NCBI RefSeq assembly: GCF_006345805.1
Contig: NW_021834906.1
Coordinates: forward strand, 1-44,438
Source: Octopus sinensis
Taxonomy: Eukaryota
DNA: 44,438 bases
Direction: 5' to 3'
In this document: one piece after another, positions 1 to 12,547 of the stretch
Layout of the letters: every line of letters begins with the position of its first letter
How positions within the stretch are numbered: the first letter of the stretch is position 1
Translations under genes and position numbers: made by a program
The notes under the pieces: model-generated
What the model saw: only the letters and a program-made list of their open reading frames with translations
The model's database searches: none
Told to the model about the DNA's origin: nothing

Positions 1-549
1 AAAAAATTTTTTTTTTTTTTTTTTTTTTTTTTCCGCATTCTTTCTTGAGACATTCTTACCAAATATCCATAGTGTCATGGCAGTAATTTCTTAGTTCGGA
101 GAAACAACTGCTCTGCTTGAAACATTTATTCGTACAAATATCAAAATCGGTATTTAAGGAAAGGTTAAAATGTCATTTACTCCAATATGTTTTTTTTAAC
201 GGTGGAGTTGAGTATCACTAACAAAGCATAAACACATACATTTGCAGGCGAACAATTAGCACGTGATTCACCCGCTAAGCGGAGGTTCGTAGATATCAAC
301 TGACGCCAAAAATTATATAAACTTTACATAATATATTTGATTCTTGGTTTCTTTCGTTTGAAATAAATCAGCCTGAAATAAATATCGTGAATGCGCTTCT
401 GAGATACATCTCTTACTTGTCTCAGTGATGTTGCATTAACATACAGAGTGTTTTGGGGTAAGTTTTATGAGATGATCAATGTCTCAGTCTTCCAAACGCT
501 AATTCTCATTCTAACTTGCATGAATGTTACGATTGTAGTATTTTATTTC

Positions 550-1230
550 AGCAGAAGAAAACTTACAAACTACTACTCCGAGTATCATGTATCCAATTAT
601 GAGATGCAACTGAAAATTTGGAATAATAACTGTTTTACAAAGTTTCAAATAATCACATGAATTTGTAAAATTTATTGAAGATGAGTTGTGGCATTTCAAA
701 TCAAGGAAATCACTTGTGAAATCCGTATTCATAATAGAACTTCATGCAAAGCTTATGCAAAAAGAACAGAAAACAGCTTCAGGAAGACAGGAAGACATTT
801 TAACTTTACAATTCATTTAGGTATCCGCAAAACAAAATTCATTTAGATATGCGTAAAACAGGTCATCAACAAATTTGTTAAAGTAAAGAAAGGATCTGGT
901 TCCGCTCTTCTTTAATATCGTTGGTCGGCTTTAGAAAGAGCAAAACGATACATACGTGACGCTTACCAGCTTATGTTTAAATGAGAAGTATTTCATATTG
1001 TTCCAGGACAAATCGGTTTTAAACCAAAAATCAAAATGGCTGAAATGTTTCAAACATTATTCCAGATTGTTTTTTCGAGACCTTATTCACCAAACGCAAA
1101 AACCAGAGCAAGTACCACAAGGCAATTTGCCGACGATTTAAAAGAGAGCCCTTAAATTCTTTGGGAACTGAGACGCATTTTTGACAAGATCATGATCACA
1201 TAGGCTTTCTAAATATTTCATCAGATCTAC
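550..1230 (+). pseudogene. Decayed mariner (DD34D-type) transposase
   Basis: Frameshifted, stop-containing frames give RRKLT (~MRKL), FVKFIEDELWHF (~RFVTMDETW), ILFQDKS (~VLFHQDNA), FQIVFSRPYSPN (~FELLPHPPYSPDL) and FADDLK in the expected order. No TIRs found. Confidence 0.6.
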
Positions 1231-2261
1231 AGTGCACCTGTATGCAAATATATGCATATATTCTTATCATACGGAATAGTTAGCAATTTACACAAAACGT
1301 ATATTACCCGAATATATACGTAGTACACGATTTCATTTGACATGAAGTTTCACATATTTTTTCACACACATTTGAATACATACGGAGAAAGATAAATTCA
1401 CGTACGCTCATAATATTCGGAGAATTCCTCTGGGCTATGATAAGTGATAAATACATGAATACATCGTCTGTAATTTCGCTGCTTGGTTAATTTCAACCTC
1501 AACTTTTAATGCCATTACAAGGCAATTTCATCGCGAGTTAAAATGGCATCGGTAAATCCATCGTAATACTTCTTTATCCGTGAATCAAACTCATCGTTAA
1601 ACATTCTCAATCTTTTACATCACTTTTAATGCAAAAAACACAGAAAAAAGGTGAGATAGAGAGCGAAATAGGGGGAGTGAGAGAGAAATTTAAGACGAAA
1701 AGTATGAATAGCAAATGTATTAAAATGAAAGACAAATCAAAATTAATTTTGAAAATAAAATCTCGCACAGTAAATGATTGAATCACTAAATAACTAGATA
1801 ACTAAATAAATTAATTAATCACAATAGTTAAAAGGTATCACTAACTTAAATTGGTGGAAAGATAACAAAATACATTTAGAAGGGGAAAATTATGATCAAT
1901 TTCTCTTAAATAACCCAATGTTTTGCGAATTTTATATTCATTGCCGTCGCATTGAATTTTCGTTATGGTATCTTTATATTTCCATTCCGTGAAGTGAAAT
2001 TTCTACATTAGCGATATACTTCTCAATTACTTCTTCGATTCTAGATTATCCCTTTCTCAAGACTTCTAAAAAGGATTCCAAATCGTAGGAATGAACGTTT
2101 TGTACATTATTAACTATGATTGATGGCATGTTTTACTCTACCGATAAGAAGTGTATGGTTGAATATGCCGATGATGTATTACCACGTATCAGAACTACAT
2201 TGAGAATAAAAATTATCTGGCAATAAAGCAAAACGTAATTACTGCAATGAATTTACAGCGA

Positions 2262-3085
2262 ATTAACATACACACATACTAATATACACATATACATTAT
2301 AGATACACACACACACACACACATGTATACATACACACATAGATACATACATACAAAGAAACCTACATACATACATACATACATACATACATACATACAT
2401 ACATACATACATACATAAAAACATACATGCATACATACGTACAAACATACATACACATACATATATACATACATGCACGCATATAGACATACATACACAT
2501 ACACAGCTACATACATGAATGCATACATGCACACATACAGGCAGACACACGTACACACAGATGCAGTCATATATGTATACATACGTACATACATGCATAC
2601 ATACATACATGCATACATACTTACATGCATACATACATACGTACATACATGCATACATACATACATGCATGCATACATACATACATACATACATACATAC
2701 ATACATACATACATGCATGCATACATACATACATACATACATACATGCATGCATGCATACATACATAATACATACATACATACATACATACATGCATACA
2801 TACTTACATACATACATACATACGTACATACATGCATACATACATACAGGCATACATACATACAGGCATATATACATACATGCATACATACATACATACA
2901 TACATACATGCATGCATGCATGCATACATACATAATACATACATACATACATGCATGCATACATACATACATACATACATACATGCATACATACATACAT
3001 ACATACATACATACATACATACATACATGCATGCATGCATACATACATACATACATACATACATACATGCATGCATACATACATA
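2262..3085. repeat. Compound (CATA)n/(CATG)n microsatellite, ~820 bp
   Basis: Direct reading; source of the MYVC/HTYI ORFs. Confidence 0.97.
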
Positions 3086-3218
3086 CAGGCATACACTAGA
3101 ACACACACATAGAGGTGAGAGGCTGAAAGCGAGAGAAAAAGCAGAGACGCAGGGGGTGGGCGAATACATGGCTATTCCATAAGATAAGTACACATACAAT
3201 ACCTAGGTATATATATAT

Positions 3219-3731
3219 ATATATAAAAAAGGAAATGAAGAAAATGCTGACAAATAATTGAAGTAATTTAAGTAATTTAATTAGGTGCACATGACGTCTA
3301 CTGACCAGCCTGAACAATAAGAATTTTCAACAACACTATTTTCGAAAATTCTAAACATTCACGTGACCTCTTTATTATGGCCAATAAGAAATTTTAGGCG
3401 GGACACTAGCCAAATTTTAACTTCTCTGGAGCCTTTTTTCTTACCCCAACACCAACTTCCATTCAAACATTCACGTGACCCCTTCATAATGACCAATCAA
3501 AATTTTAGGCGCGAAACCAAGCAAATTCAAAACAACTCTGGAGCCTCTTTTTTTCACATATAAGAGACAGACTCTAATCTCTCTTTTATATTTTGATAAG
3601 CATAACAAATGCGCAACCGGTAAAAAGAACTTTTACCTAATTAAATTACTTAAATTACTTCAATTATTTGTCAGCATTTTCTTCATTTCCTTTTTTATAT
3701 ATCACCACTCGTGTTCGACATCTCCTTTTTT

Positions 3732-3736
<5 letters not shown>
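3219..3736 (+). mobile_element. Fold-back element 1 (PLE pLTR-like): 68-bp inverted repeat, internal ~112-bp tandem unit, HHR-like motif
   Basis: 3219-3286 is the exact reverse complement of 3635-3702. Spacer units start at 3353 and 3465, each with CACGTGAC and CCAAT. Both ends abut (TA)n. Confidence 0.7.
3586..3628 (+). ncRNA. Degenerate minimal type I hammerhead motif (U3-A8 core, A13C)
   Basis: TTGATAA (3593-3599), stem II GCAT/ATGC, GCAA instead of GAAA, palindromic ACCGGT stem III, GTA triplet; weak stem I. Confidence 0.45.
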
Positions 3737-3788
<52 letters not shown>

Positions 3789-4013
3789 CCTGAGTAAACA
3801 CATAAATGTGAAACAAGGTGGAAAAAAGAGTACTCAAATACCAGTGGTAGAGTAATATGCTTTATTTAAAAGCAGCAGAAATTCAACAAACCTGTTACTC
3901 TGAGTTTCCCGTTTCCGTTCATCGCACAGTTTTTTCTAGCAAAAACTGTCCGATGAACGGCAACGGGAAACTCAGAGTAACAGGTTTGTTGAATTTCTGC
4001 TGCTTTAAATAAA

Positions 4014-4018
<5 letters not shown>
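3789..4018. mobile_element. Fold-back element 2 (PLE pLTR-like), ~80-bp arms
   Basis: 3856-3935 pairs with 3941-4018 with a few mismatches around loop CTAGC. AATAAA in both tails; both ends run into (TA)n. Confidence 0.8.
3942..3987 (+). ncRNA. Minimal type I hammerhead ribozyme motif (CCGAUGA core)
   Basis: CTGT-CCGATGA-A CG GCAA CG G-GAAA-CTCAGAG-TA^ACAG; stem I CTGT/ACAG, palindromic ACTC-A-GAGT stem III. Confidence 0.7.
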
Positions 4019-4049
<31 letters not shown>

Positions 4050-4815
4050 ATATATATATATATATATATATAGTTTTGACTTAATGACATTTTTATAGCC
4101 GAGTGTGAAACATTAGAGTACCCTTCATGCACCAATAAAACTCGCTTCCAATTACGACTGCGGAATTGCTATTGTGCATGCTTCAGGACGGTTCCGATTA
4201 GTTCATAGCTCATAAATATCCATAAATGAATGCGTACATATATATACTCATATACATCATAAATAAACTAGAGTTTACTTGCCAAGACATGCACAGTAAG
4301 TAATACATTCACACTGAGAAAGAGTCACGCGTATGAAAACACACATATTACAAATACTCACGTATACAGTCGAACGAGCACACAGACAACTGAAAAAACA
4401 CACGCACAGATACACGCATGCACACACACACACACACACACAGTATAAATACAATGAAGCTCCTGAACAGAGCAACACACATATATTAATCTACATAGAA
4501 ACACACATACACACAGCGTGTTCATGACATAATCTGCGTAATAAATTTCCGAAATGAAATCATTCAGTAGCCACACGACTCCATATTAACGTTCGCAGAT
4601 ACTTGGCGCCAATTTCCAGACAATGGAATGTCTTTAAGAGTGGTCATTACTCAAAAGAATTCTACAAAAACAATAAGCGGCAAGAAAACAATCGCCAACA
4701 AACAACACTTACAGGAATACACATTCTTATATATATATATGCGCGTATACAATTATATACACACAAAAACATATGCGTATGCAGAATGTAATTAAGTACG
4801 TTTCCATGCATAATC

Positions 4816-5060
4816 ACAGCAGAGGGTGTGCAGTTAAGAAATTCGATTCGCGACCTTGTGCTTTAGAGCTGATTCCCTGTGCCAGACACTTTAGGTAAAT
4901 GTCTACTTCTATAGGTCCCAAGACCAATGTTATGTGAATCGATTTGGTAGACGGATGCTGAGGGGGCAGAGGGTTATAAACGAGTGTATGTATATAAGTA
5001 AGTATGTATATAGAGGAGTTTGTGTTTTTCTTCCTCCACTTGACAACCGGTGCTGTTTTT
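4816..5060 (+). mobile_element. Highly diverged SINE family A fragment
   Basis: Degenerate matches to family A (gatttggtagacgg, cttgacaaccg). Confidence 0.55.
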
Positions 5061-5072
5061 TTTTTGTCTGAG

Positions 5073-5410
5073 GAGACCCCCTTCGGTCATGAATGACCAT
5101 AGGATTGCACCTAGAAAGTTACCCTCCGAGGCACAAGTCTGGGCAAGGCTGTTTATGGAAGACCAGCAGTCACCCATGCATACCAGCCTCCTCTCTCCAC
5201 ACCACTGATGTTGTCCAAGGGAAAGGCAAAGACCGATACAGCCTGGCACCAGTGATGTCGCAACTCATTTCTACAGCTGAGTAGTAAACTGGAGCAACGT
5301 GAAATGAAGTGTCTTGCTCAAGAACACAACATGCAGCCCGGTCCGGGAATCGAACTCACAACCTCACGATCGTAAGCTCGACGCTCTAACCACTGAACCA
5401 TGCGCTTTCA
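5073..5410 (-). mobile_element. tRNA-derived SINE family D with CORE-like domain
   Basis: Minus strand: tRNA-like head with A/B boxes (TGGTTCAGTGG, GTTCGATTCC), then gttcttgagcaagacactt (CORE-like). Confidence 0.8.
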
Positions 5411-6037
5411 TGTTTCTTTGTCTACGTACCTGTAAAACCCGAGTCGACCAAAAATAGAAAACCAGTTGAATAAATCGAGATTGAAATAACTGATAAAGAC
5501 CACCTGTAGCATGGTGCCCCGTAGGCGTGAGCAGAAGTAGTCATTCAGATATTTAATATGAGTAGAATATTCCTTTTCATTAGAAAAAAAGGAGCTTCTA
5601 ATGAAAACTGTAGGCGAATTTAATTTACCGGGAGGACAATTGAATTGGAGTCGGAATATTCTAAAAACGCCCGATAGGATTTTAAAAATCTCACCAATAT
5701 CTATGGGTATAGATGCTTTGTATGATATAAGCCTTAGAATATATAACGACCTAGCTTTTGCTTTTTTCTGCCTTAATAAACGATTACGTAGAAGTATGGA
5801 CTATCGTTGAGTTTGTTTAAAAGTGAGAATTTAAGATTACGATGATGAAAAATATATTTGCTGAGCGAGTGAGTATAATTAGAAGGATAAAGGATCCGAA
5901 CGAAAATAATATTTAACATAAGAGAAAAATTACAAAAATTGGGAACCATCTATGTAAATATCCTACAGTGACAGGGAGAAAATCTCGGGCGTTTTTTTCC
6001 GCTAGTAAAGATTATATAACAGTAGAAGCATAAAACA

Positions 6038-6314
6038 ATAGAATGGTTGTATACTGTCAATCTAACACGAACGTGACAGTAGGGGGTTACACCACCGCTG
6101 TTTAGCCCTAGGAAGCATCGACGCCTCCTGATGGCTTTGACACATTTTTCCTGTGTCCTTATATACATTTACGAAGGGTGGACAAATACTTGTCTCCCCT
6201 TCGTAAAATGTGTCAAAGCCATCAGGAGATGTCGATGCTTCCTAGGGCTAAACATCGGTGGTGTACCCCCTACTGTCACGTTCGTGTTAGATTGACAGTA
6301 TACAACCATTCTAT
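6038..6314. repeat. Long near-perfect hairpin (~110-bp arms plus 17-bp inner stem, ~20-nt asymmetric insert)
   Basis: 6038-6148 pairs with 6205-6314; 6169-6185 pairs with 6190-6206. Confidence 0.9.
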
Positions 6315-7083
6315 CGCCCTACCACCGTACATATCTCTACGAGAGATTTAGAAATTTAGTATTTCTCATAAAACAATAGTGTAACAATAAAAGATTCTAG
6401 AAATGAGAGGAAACGTATCAAATGTTTCGGGACAAACCATGGACAATTCTGTATGGCAATGAGATCCAAAATCCAACTGTTTTCTCCAGGATCTTGCCGT
6501 CAACTTGAATTATATAGATAATGATTGCCTATCTAACCACACCAATATCGCCACTCTCATCAACATTTCATGAAATATATGTTGTGTGTCGAGTTTACAC
6601 ACTCTTTTTCCTGAAACCTTAATTTTCAAGCATTAGTAGAAGAAACTGCTGCGGGGGATAATCTCTGTTTTGTTCGCCACGCTTTTCCTTTCGCTTTATC
6701 CATCAGAAAAAGAAATATTAACCGTTCTGTTTTTCCTCTATATATTACTGCGAGGAATCGTAATTTTAATGATGTTGACTAATTTTACAAGTAAATTGGA
6801 AATGGAAATGTTGATAAAATACTTTTGAAAAGAAGAGAACGAGAGATATATATAAAGAATACCAATATTTTAAGATACAAAAAAAAACACACCAGCAAAA
6901 CATTATCAATGAAGGAACACTGTTTTGGTTTCATTCATTGATTTTATCAAATACTATCTGTTTTCTGATTTCGGTAGAAAAATAATTTACATGACAATTA
7001 TAATCACAACCTATAAACTATATATAATCGTTTATGACTAAGTGTATGTAAGGAAGAATTAAAAAGATAAATTATCTCTATCA

Positions 7084-7130
<47 letters not shown>

Positions 7131-7263
7131 TGTGTGTTTGTGTGTGCGTGCGTCTATGTGTAAGTATATCACGTGATCACGTGACCGACCAGACCATCAG
7201 ATGTTGTTACACATCGCTGGTCACAATGCGTTCGCATTGTTTTAGCCTTCGAATGACGCCACC

Positions 7264-7634
7264 TCGGTTACGACGACGAGGGTTCCGGTTGATCCGATCA
7301 ACGGAACAGCTTGCTCGTGAAATTAACGTGTAAGTGGCTGAGCACTCCACAGACACGTGTACCCTTAAACGTAGTTCTCGGGGATATTCAGCGTGACACA
7401 GAGAGTGACAAGGCCGGCCCTTTTGAAATACAGGTACAACAGAAACAGGAAGTAAGAGTGAGAGAAAATTGTGGTGAAAGAGTACAGCAGGGATCACCAC
7501 CATCCCCTGCCGGAGCCTTGTGGAGCTTTTAGGTGTTTTCGCTCAATAAACACTTACAACGCTCGGTCTGAGAATCGAAACTACGATCCTACGACCGCGA
7601 GTCCGCTGCCCTAACCACTGGGCCATTGCGCCTC
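7264..7634 (-). mobile_element. SINE family B (tRNA head)
   Basis: Near-identical to copies at 13744, 17221 and 32191. Confidence 0.9.
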
Positions 7635-7861
7635 CCGCTTCATAGGCCATTGTTATTGGAAATCGTGTTTGTCGGTCCATAAAAGTAGAGGGGTAAGAAG
7701 ATTTACTGAGTGTGTAGGGATTGTCCCAATATTACTCAAAGGCGTGTGGCATTAAATATGATGAATATTCTTTTCAAACCCATTTTATCACATGCATCTG
7801 ATGTATCAACTGCTTCATTTGATTCTGGCTGATATGAAAGCATTTTCAAAGTCTTATACCC

Positions 7862-8094
7862 TTTTTTCTTTATTACCCACAAGAGGTTAAACACAGAAAG
7901 GACAAACAAGGACAGACAAACGGATTAAGTCGATTATATCGACCCCAGTGCGTAACTGGTACTTATTTAATCGACCCCGAAAGGATGAAAGGCAAAGTCG
8001 ACCTCGGCGGAATTTGAACTCAGAAAGTAACGGCAGACGAAATACCGCTAAGCATTTCGCCCGGCGTACTAACGTTTCTGCCAGCTCGCCGCCT
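7862..8094 (-). mobile_element. SINE family C with 13-bp TSD
   Basis: tRNA-like head aggcggcgagctggcagaa..gttcaaattcc; TSD aagtcttataccc at 7849-7861 and 8095-8107. Confidence 0.92.
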
Positions 8095-8333
8095 AAGTCT
8101 TATACCCTATCTCATCAAACCATGTACCCAAGTCATTATTACGAAATTCACTGACTTTGTCAGACCCTAATATTTCAGAAACACTATTTCTGGCAATGAT
8201 AGTTATAAATATTTACCTGATTGTTACGGCTTCTTAATTCTTGATTCATGTTACAGTTGATCCCTGATATGTAAATTTTATCAACAAGTATTAAGAAAAT
8301 TCTAGGGTATTACAATAAGTATGGTTATATATA

Positions 8334-8747
8334 GGCGCAGGAGTGGCTGTGTGGTAAGTAGCTTGCTAAACAACCACATGGTTGCGGGTTCAGTCCCACT
8401 GCGTGGCATCTTGGACAAGTGTCTTCTGCTATAGCCCCGGGCCGACCAATGCCTTGTGAGTGGATTTGGTAGACGGAAACTGAAAGAAGCCTGTCGTATA
8501 TATGTATATATATGTATATGTGTGTGTGTGTTTGTGTGTCTGTGTTTGTCCCCCTAGCATTGCTTGACAACCGATGCTGGTGTGTTTATGTCCCCGTCAC
8601 TTAGTGGTTCGGCAAAAGAGACCGATAGAATAAGTACTGGGCTTACAAAAGAATAAGTCCCGGGGTCGAGTTGCTCGATTAAAGGCGGTGCTCCAGCATG
8701 GCCGCAGTCAAATGACTGAAACAAGTAAAAGAGAAAGAAAGAGAAAG
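8334..8747 (+). mobile_element. SINE family A (tRNA head, CORE-like segment, internal TA/TG repeat)
   Basis: Full-length; matches copies at 11103, 12548 and 37479; tail gtaaaagag. Confidence 0.92.
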
Positions 8748-8761
8748 ATATGCGCACATAT

Positions 8762-9000
8762 AAAGGCGGCGAGCTGGCGGAATCGTTATCACGCCGGGAG
8801 AAATGCGCAGCCGTATTTCGTCTACCGTTATGTTCTGAGTTCAAATTCCGCCGAGGTCGACTTTGCCTTTCATCCTTTCGGAGTCGATTAAAAAAGTACC
8901 AGTTACGCACTGGGGTCGATGTAATCGACTTAATTCGTTTGTCTGTCCTTGTTTGTCCCCTCCATGTTTAGCCCCTTGTGGGTAATAAAGAAACACATAT
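8762..9000 (+). mobile_element. SINE family C with 14-bp TSD
   Basis: TSD atatgcgcacatat at 8748-8761 and 9001-9014. Confidence 0.92.
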
Positions 9001-9842
9001 ATATGCGCACATATCCGAACTAACTTATTTATATGAGCGTATACTTTTGGCGAGTAATTTCGCTATTATTCTCGCATATGTAGGACAGTATTTTTCATCA
9101 CTGCAAATCTTCACAATCTCAAAGCTTTCAATTTTCAACGAATTCTTGATGCCTTTGAGTCATAATCGAATCATTATCTCGCTTTTCTAATTAATGTTCT
9201 CAAAAAGATTGGTGGAACAATTAATTCGCCAAAATATAAAATAATATCCTCAATTTTTAATGTATTTTTCACTAACTTAAATAGATTTCAAAAACAGAAT
9301 AATTATTCCAATTATTATTAAAAACCCTTTTCTAATATACATGATAAGAATTATCCTTGGAAATCTCAAATTCCTATATTTTCACATTCTATAACATTTG
9401 TTTTTACTTGATGGCTGAAAACTACGTCGTTGTCACAATTTTAACATTATCAATAAATTTTGTGATAAAATATCAATATTCCGCTAATTCGGATTTCCTT
9501 CTGTAAGTTATCTAATAATAGAACTCTCTAACGTCCATGTTAAAAATATATTTCATTGACGCGTGAACTAAAACCAAGATAACATTTCAGTCAAACATAG
9601 AATAGCGTATTATTCAAGTCCACTATAATGTCACCAAATCTTCCCTTTCAATATATGCGTGCCTGTTCTCAACTGTTGTTAACCCTCTGGGCAAACAGAT
9701 CTCAAAATGGCTGTCTGGCGAAGGTATTCCTTATGTAGCTTTTACATTTGTGTCAGTTGTTATCGACATTTCTATCGTAGGATCATAACTCTAAACTTCT
9801 GAGTTAGATACTAACATCTTCATATGGTTTCCCAACACATTT

Positions 9843-10208
9843 GGATGGTGTGGCTGTGTGGTAAAAGCTTACTTCCCAACCACGTGGTTCTCGCTTTAGT
9901 GGCTCCTTAGAGATGTGTCTTCTAATATACCCGTGGACTGACCAAAGCCTTGTGAGTGGATATTTGGCAGGTGGAAACTGAAATAAGCCCGTCGTATATA
10001 TGTATATGTTTCTATGTGATGTGTATGCGTGTCTTTGAGTCTGTGTTTGTCCTCCACCACCGCTTGACAACTGGCGTATGTGTGTTTACTTCCCCGTAAC
10101 TTAGCGTTTCGGCAAAAAGAGACGAATAGAATAAGTACTTGGCTATTAAAAAATAAGTACTGGGGCCAACAGTCTGCAGTATAATAACTGAAACAAGTAA
10201 AAGATAAA
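9843..10208 (+). mobile_element. SINE family A, diverged
   Basis: Collinear similarity to family A. Confidence 0.85.
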
Positions 10209-11102
10209 AAGGTATTTGCGAAGAATCCTATGGGACACTCTTGCATCATTTCAAAACTGTAGTATTTCATAAAATACCACATTTTGAACGAAAAGAAGCA
10301 GTCATTTGCAATACGAACAATTAACAATAAATTTTCCATTCATATTAAAAAGCACAAAAAAAAAAGAGAACAATTCTGAATATTTCTTGTCTTTTGTCTG
10401 TTTTACATCCATATTTCTCAATACTAAATGGTAATATGGTCATATACCCACATTTATCTTTCTACATTCCGAAAAGACAATTCATCAGTTTCTAACAAAA
10501 ATGTCACTGAATTGACTAACATGTTTTATGATCGTATCTATTTTGATATATAGGTTTTCAACAGCATACGCCATCTTGATAGACAATAACAATATCATTT
10601 TTTTTTTCTACGAACATATCTAATTGCTTCCTAAGACATGGCGCTTGTTGTTCAAATTCCATATGGAAGCTATGCCTAACTAAAAGACCCATTTTTTTAT
10701 TTATCGTATTAACTTCTCTTGATTGATAACATATTTCTATGTGATGATATGCATCGTTTGAAAACAATTTATCAAAATGATTCATGCCAGAAAAGAATGA
10801 AATATTGGTTCGGCATTTGGTGCTGGGAGTAAAGATTTGGATAAGAACAAGAGCAAATTCTTCAATCTTCACCTATTGTAGAATGTTCGCCTATTTTGAG
10901 ATCACTGTCTACCTTTTACAAAACCACTAACAGACAGTCTCTGTTACTCTCTCCAGGAGGAACTATAATTAAAAGACCTTCACTACTTAGCTTCCCTGTG
11001 TTCGCTCTGAATAAGGTGTATTGGTTTTCATCGTGCTTCAGGCTAAAATTGCTTGAAATATTCTTGTTGGGGTGGAGAATCTTACTATACTATCTCTTCT
11101 AA

Positions 11103-11315
11103 CTCTCTCTCTTTTACTTGTTTCAGTCATTTGACTGCGGCCATGCTGGAACACCGCCTTTTAGTCGAGCAAATCGACCCCGGGACTTATTCTTTTGTAA
11201 GCCCAGTACTTATTCTATCGGTCTCTTTTGCCGAACCGCTAAGTGACGGGGACGTAACACACCAGCATCGGTTGTCAAGCAATGCTAGGGGGACAAACAC
11301 AGACACACAACACAC

Positions 11316-11347
<32 letters not shown>

Positions 11348-11518
11348 CATATATACGACAGGCTTCTTTCAGTTTCCGTCTACCAAATCCACTCACAAGG
11401 CATTGGTCGGCCCGAGGCTATAGCAGAAGACACTTGCCCAAGATGCCACGCAGTGGGACTGAACCCGCAACCATGTGGTTGGTTAGCAAGCTACTTACCA
11501 CACAGCCACTCCTGCGCC
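11103..11518 (-). mobile_element. SINE family A
   Basis: Reverse complement of the 8334 copy with few differences. Confidence 0.92.
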
Positions 11519-12489
11519 TAACGTTCAGTTTTATTAATCATTTTTGCTATATGAACATCCATCATGTCCGTTTTTCTTTCCTTTCCTAAATTCAACAAGA
11601 AAACTCATTTCTAGTATTTCACCTGTTTGAATTAACGTGTTTAAAGTTCCTCATCATTTCTACAAGTAATCCATTAAATTGTTTTAATTTGCGATCATAC
11701 TTTCTTAAATTTGATATTCAAATTTACTTAGATGTTCTAAGTTATTATATTTACCTGCCCCGCCATTATCAGCTTGTAATCGATTTTATTGAGTTTCGTA
11801 TTGGTTATTGTAGCATTTGTAGTATTTAATGATGCTAGATTCATAAATACTTCCAGAACATTTTATTTTCGATTACTTCAAACTTTTGGCTTTTACATAC
11901 GGCCTGGAACTAATCCTTTTCTTCCACACATTGAAAGACATGTCTTGTCTATCGTAGGACATTTTAATGGTGCATGTTTATATCCTCAATTGCAGCATTT
12001 AGAATCAAATTCGCGCCTTATGTGCTGTTTTAAATCACCTCATAATTGACATTTTCAAAATTATACATCTTTTCTTTTATTATTTTCCCCATCAGCTGAA
12101 ATCATGTCAAACTGATAAATGAATTCAGAGGGGCCATTAAATTTTAGACACCTGACTGAACATATTCAAATACTTTTAGATGATATCCAAATGATTGCAC
12201 ATTATTTAGCGGCCCCATTTCAACCACATTAACTCCTGCCCTCTGTTCCTTAGTCCTGATTTAATCAAATTCGCAAACGTGAACCGATTCACGAAATCGT
12301 TGAGAATAACTTTGAATTCAATCCCAAAATTTACTCAATTCTATACTAATTTCATTATAAAATGTGTTATAGTTGCAGTAATTTTACATTTCATTTTGGG
12401 AAAAACAATCGCATTCTATTCATTCTTTCAAGCTCCAAATTTTACTTAATTTAAGATGATCCCAATTTTTCGCATAGCTAGCGAACTTG

Positions 12490-12532
<43 letters not shown>

Positions 12533-12547
12533 ATATATATATATATA

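Larger units (their letters stand above)
7640..12060 (-). mobile_element. Decayed Ty3/Gypsy LTR retrotransposon gag-pol, interrupted by five SINEs
   Basis: Minus-strand motifs in Gypsy order: Gag knuckle KCCN*GYKHAPLKCPTIDKTC (~11915-12000); protease KIDYKL/DNGGQVNII (~11742-11788); RT FDKLFSNDAYHHIEI..SREVNTINKKMGL..VYQDG (ORF 10558-10872); RNase H SYDPTIEMSITTD, YIEREDLV (~9530-9810); integrase LILVD, ARNSVSEILGSD, SYQPESNEA (~7660-8270). LTRs not seen. Confidence 0.8.

Noticed and set aside
2253-3199. Long ORFs (up to 281 aa) of MYVC/HTYI repeats; similar ORFs at 15.6-16.2, 19.0-19.6, 21.5-22.9 and 30.1-30.9 kb
   Set aside because: Translations of microsatellites and minisatellites whose repeat units lack stop codons; no evidence of coding function.
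4075-4130. Half-hammerhead-like string (CAT..GTG-T-GAAAC-ATTAGA-GTA followed by AATAAA)
   Set aside because: The core is unreadable and stem I is not complementary; at most a further decayed pLTR, not supportable.
5330-5410. tRNA-like sequences here and at the heads of families A-D
   Set aside because: They continue into SINE bodies, recur in many copies with TSDs and do not form complete cloverleaves.
6127-6200. CTGATGG in the 6-kb hairpin as a possible hammerhead core
   Set aside because: A9 is missing, there is no correctly placed GAAA and no stem I/III partner.
9896-10339. 147-aa ORF on minus
   Set aside because: A chimera of decayed Gypsy sequence and an antisense SINE A; not a gene.
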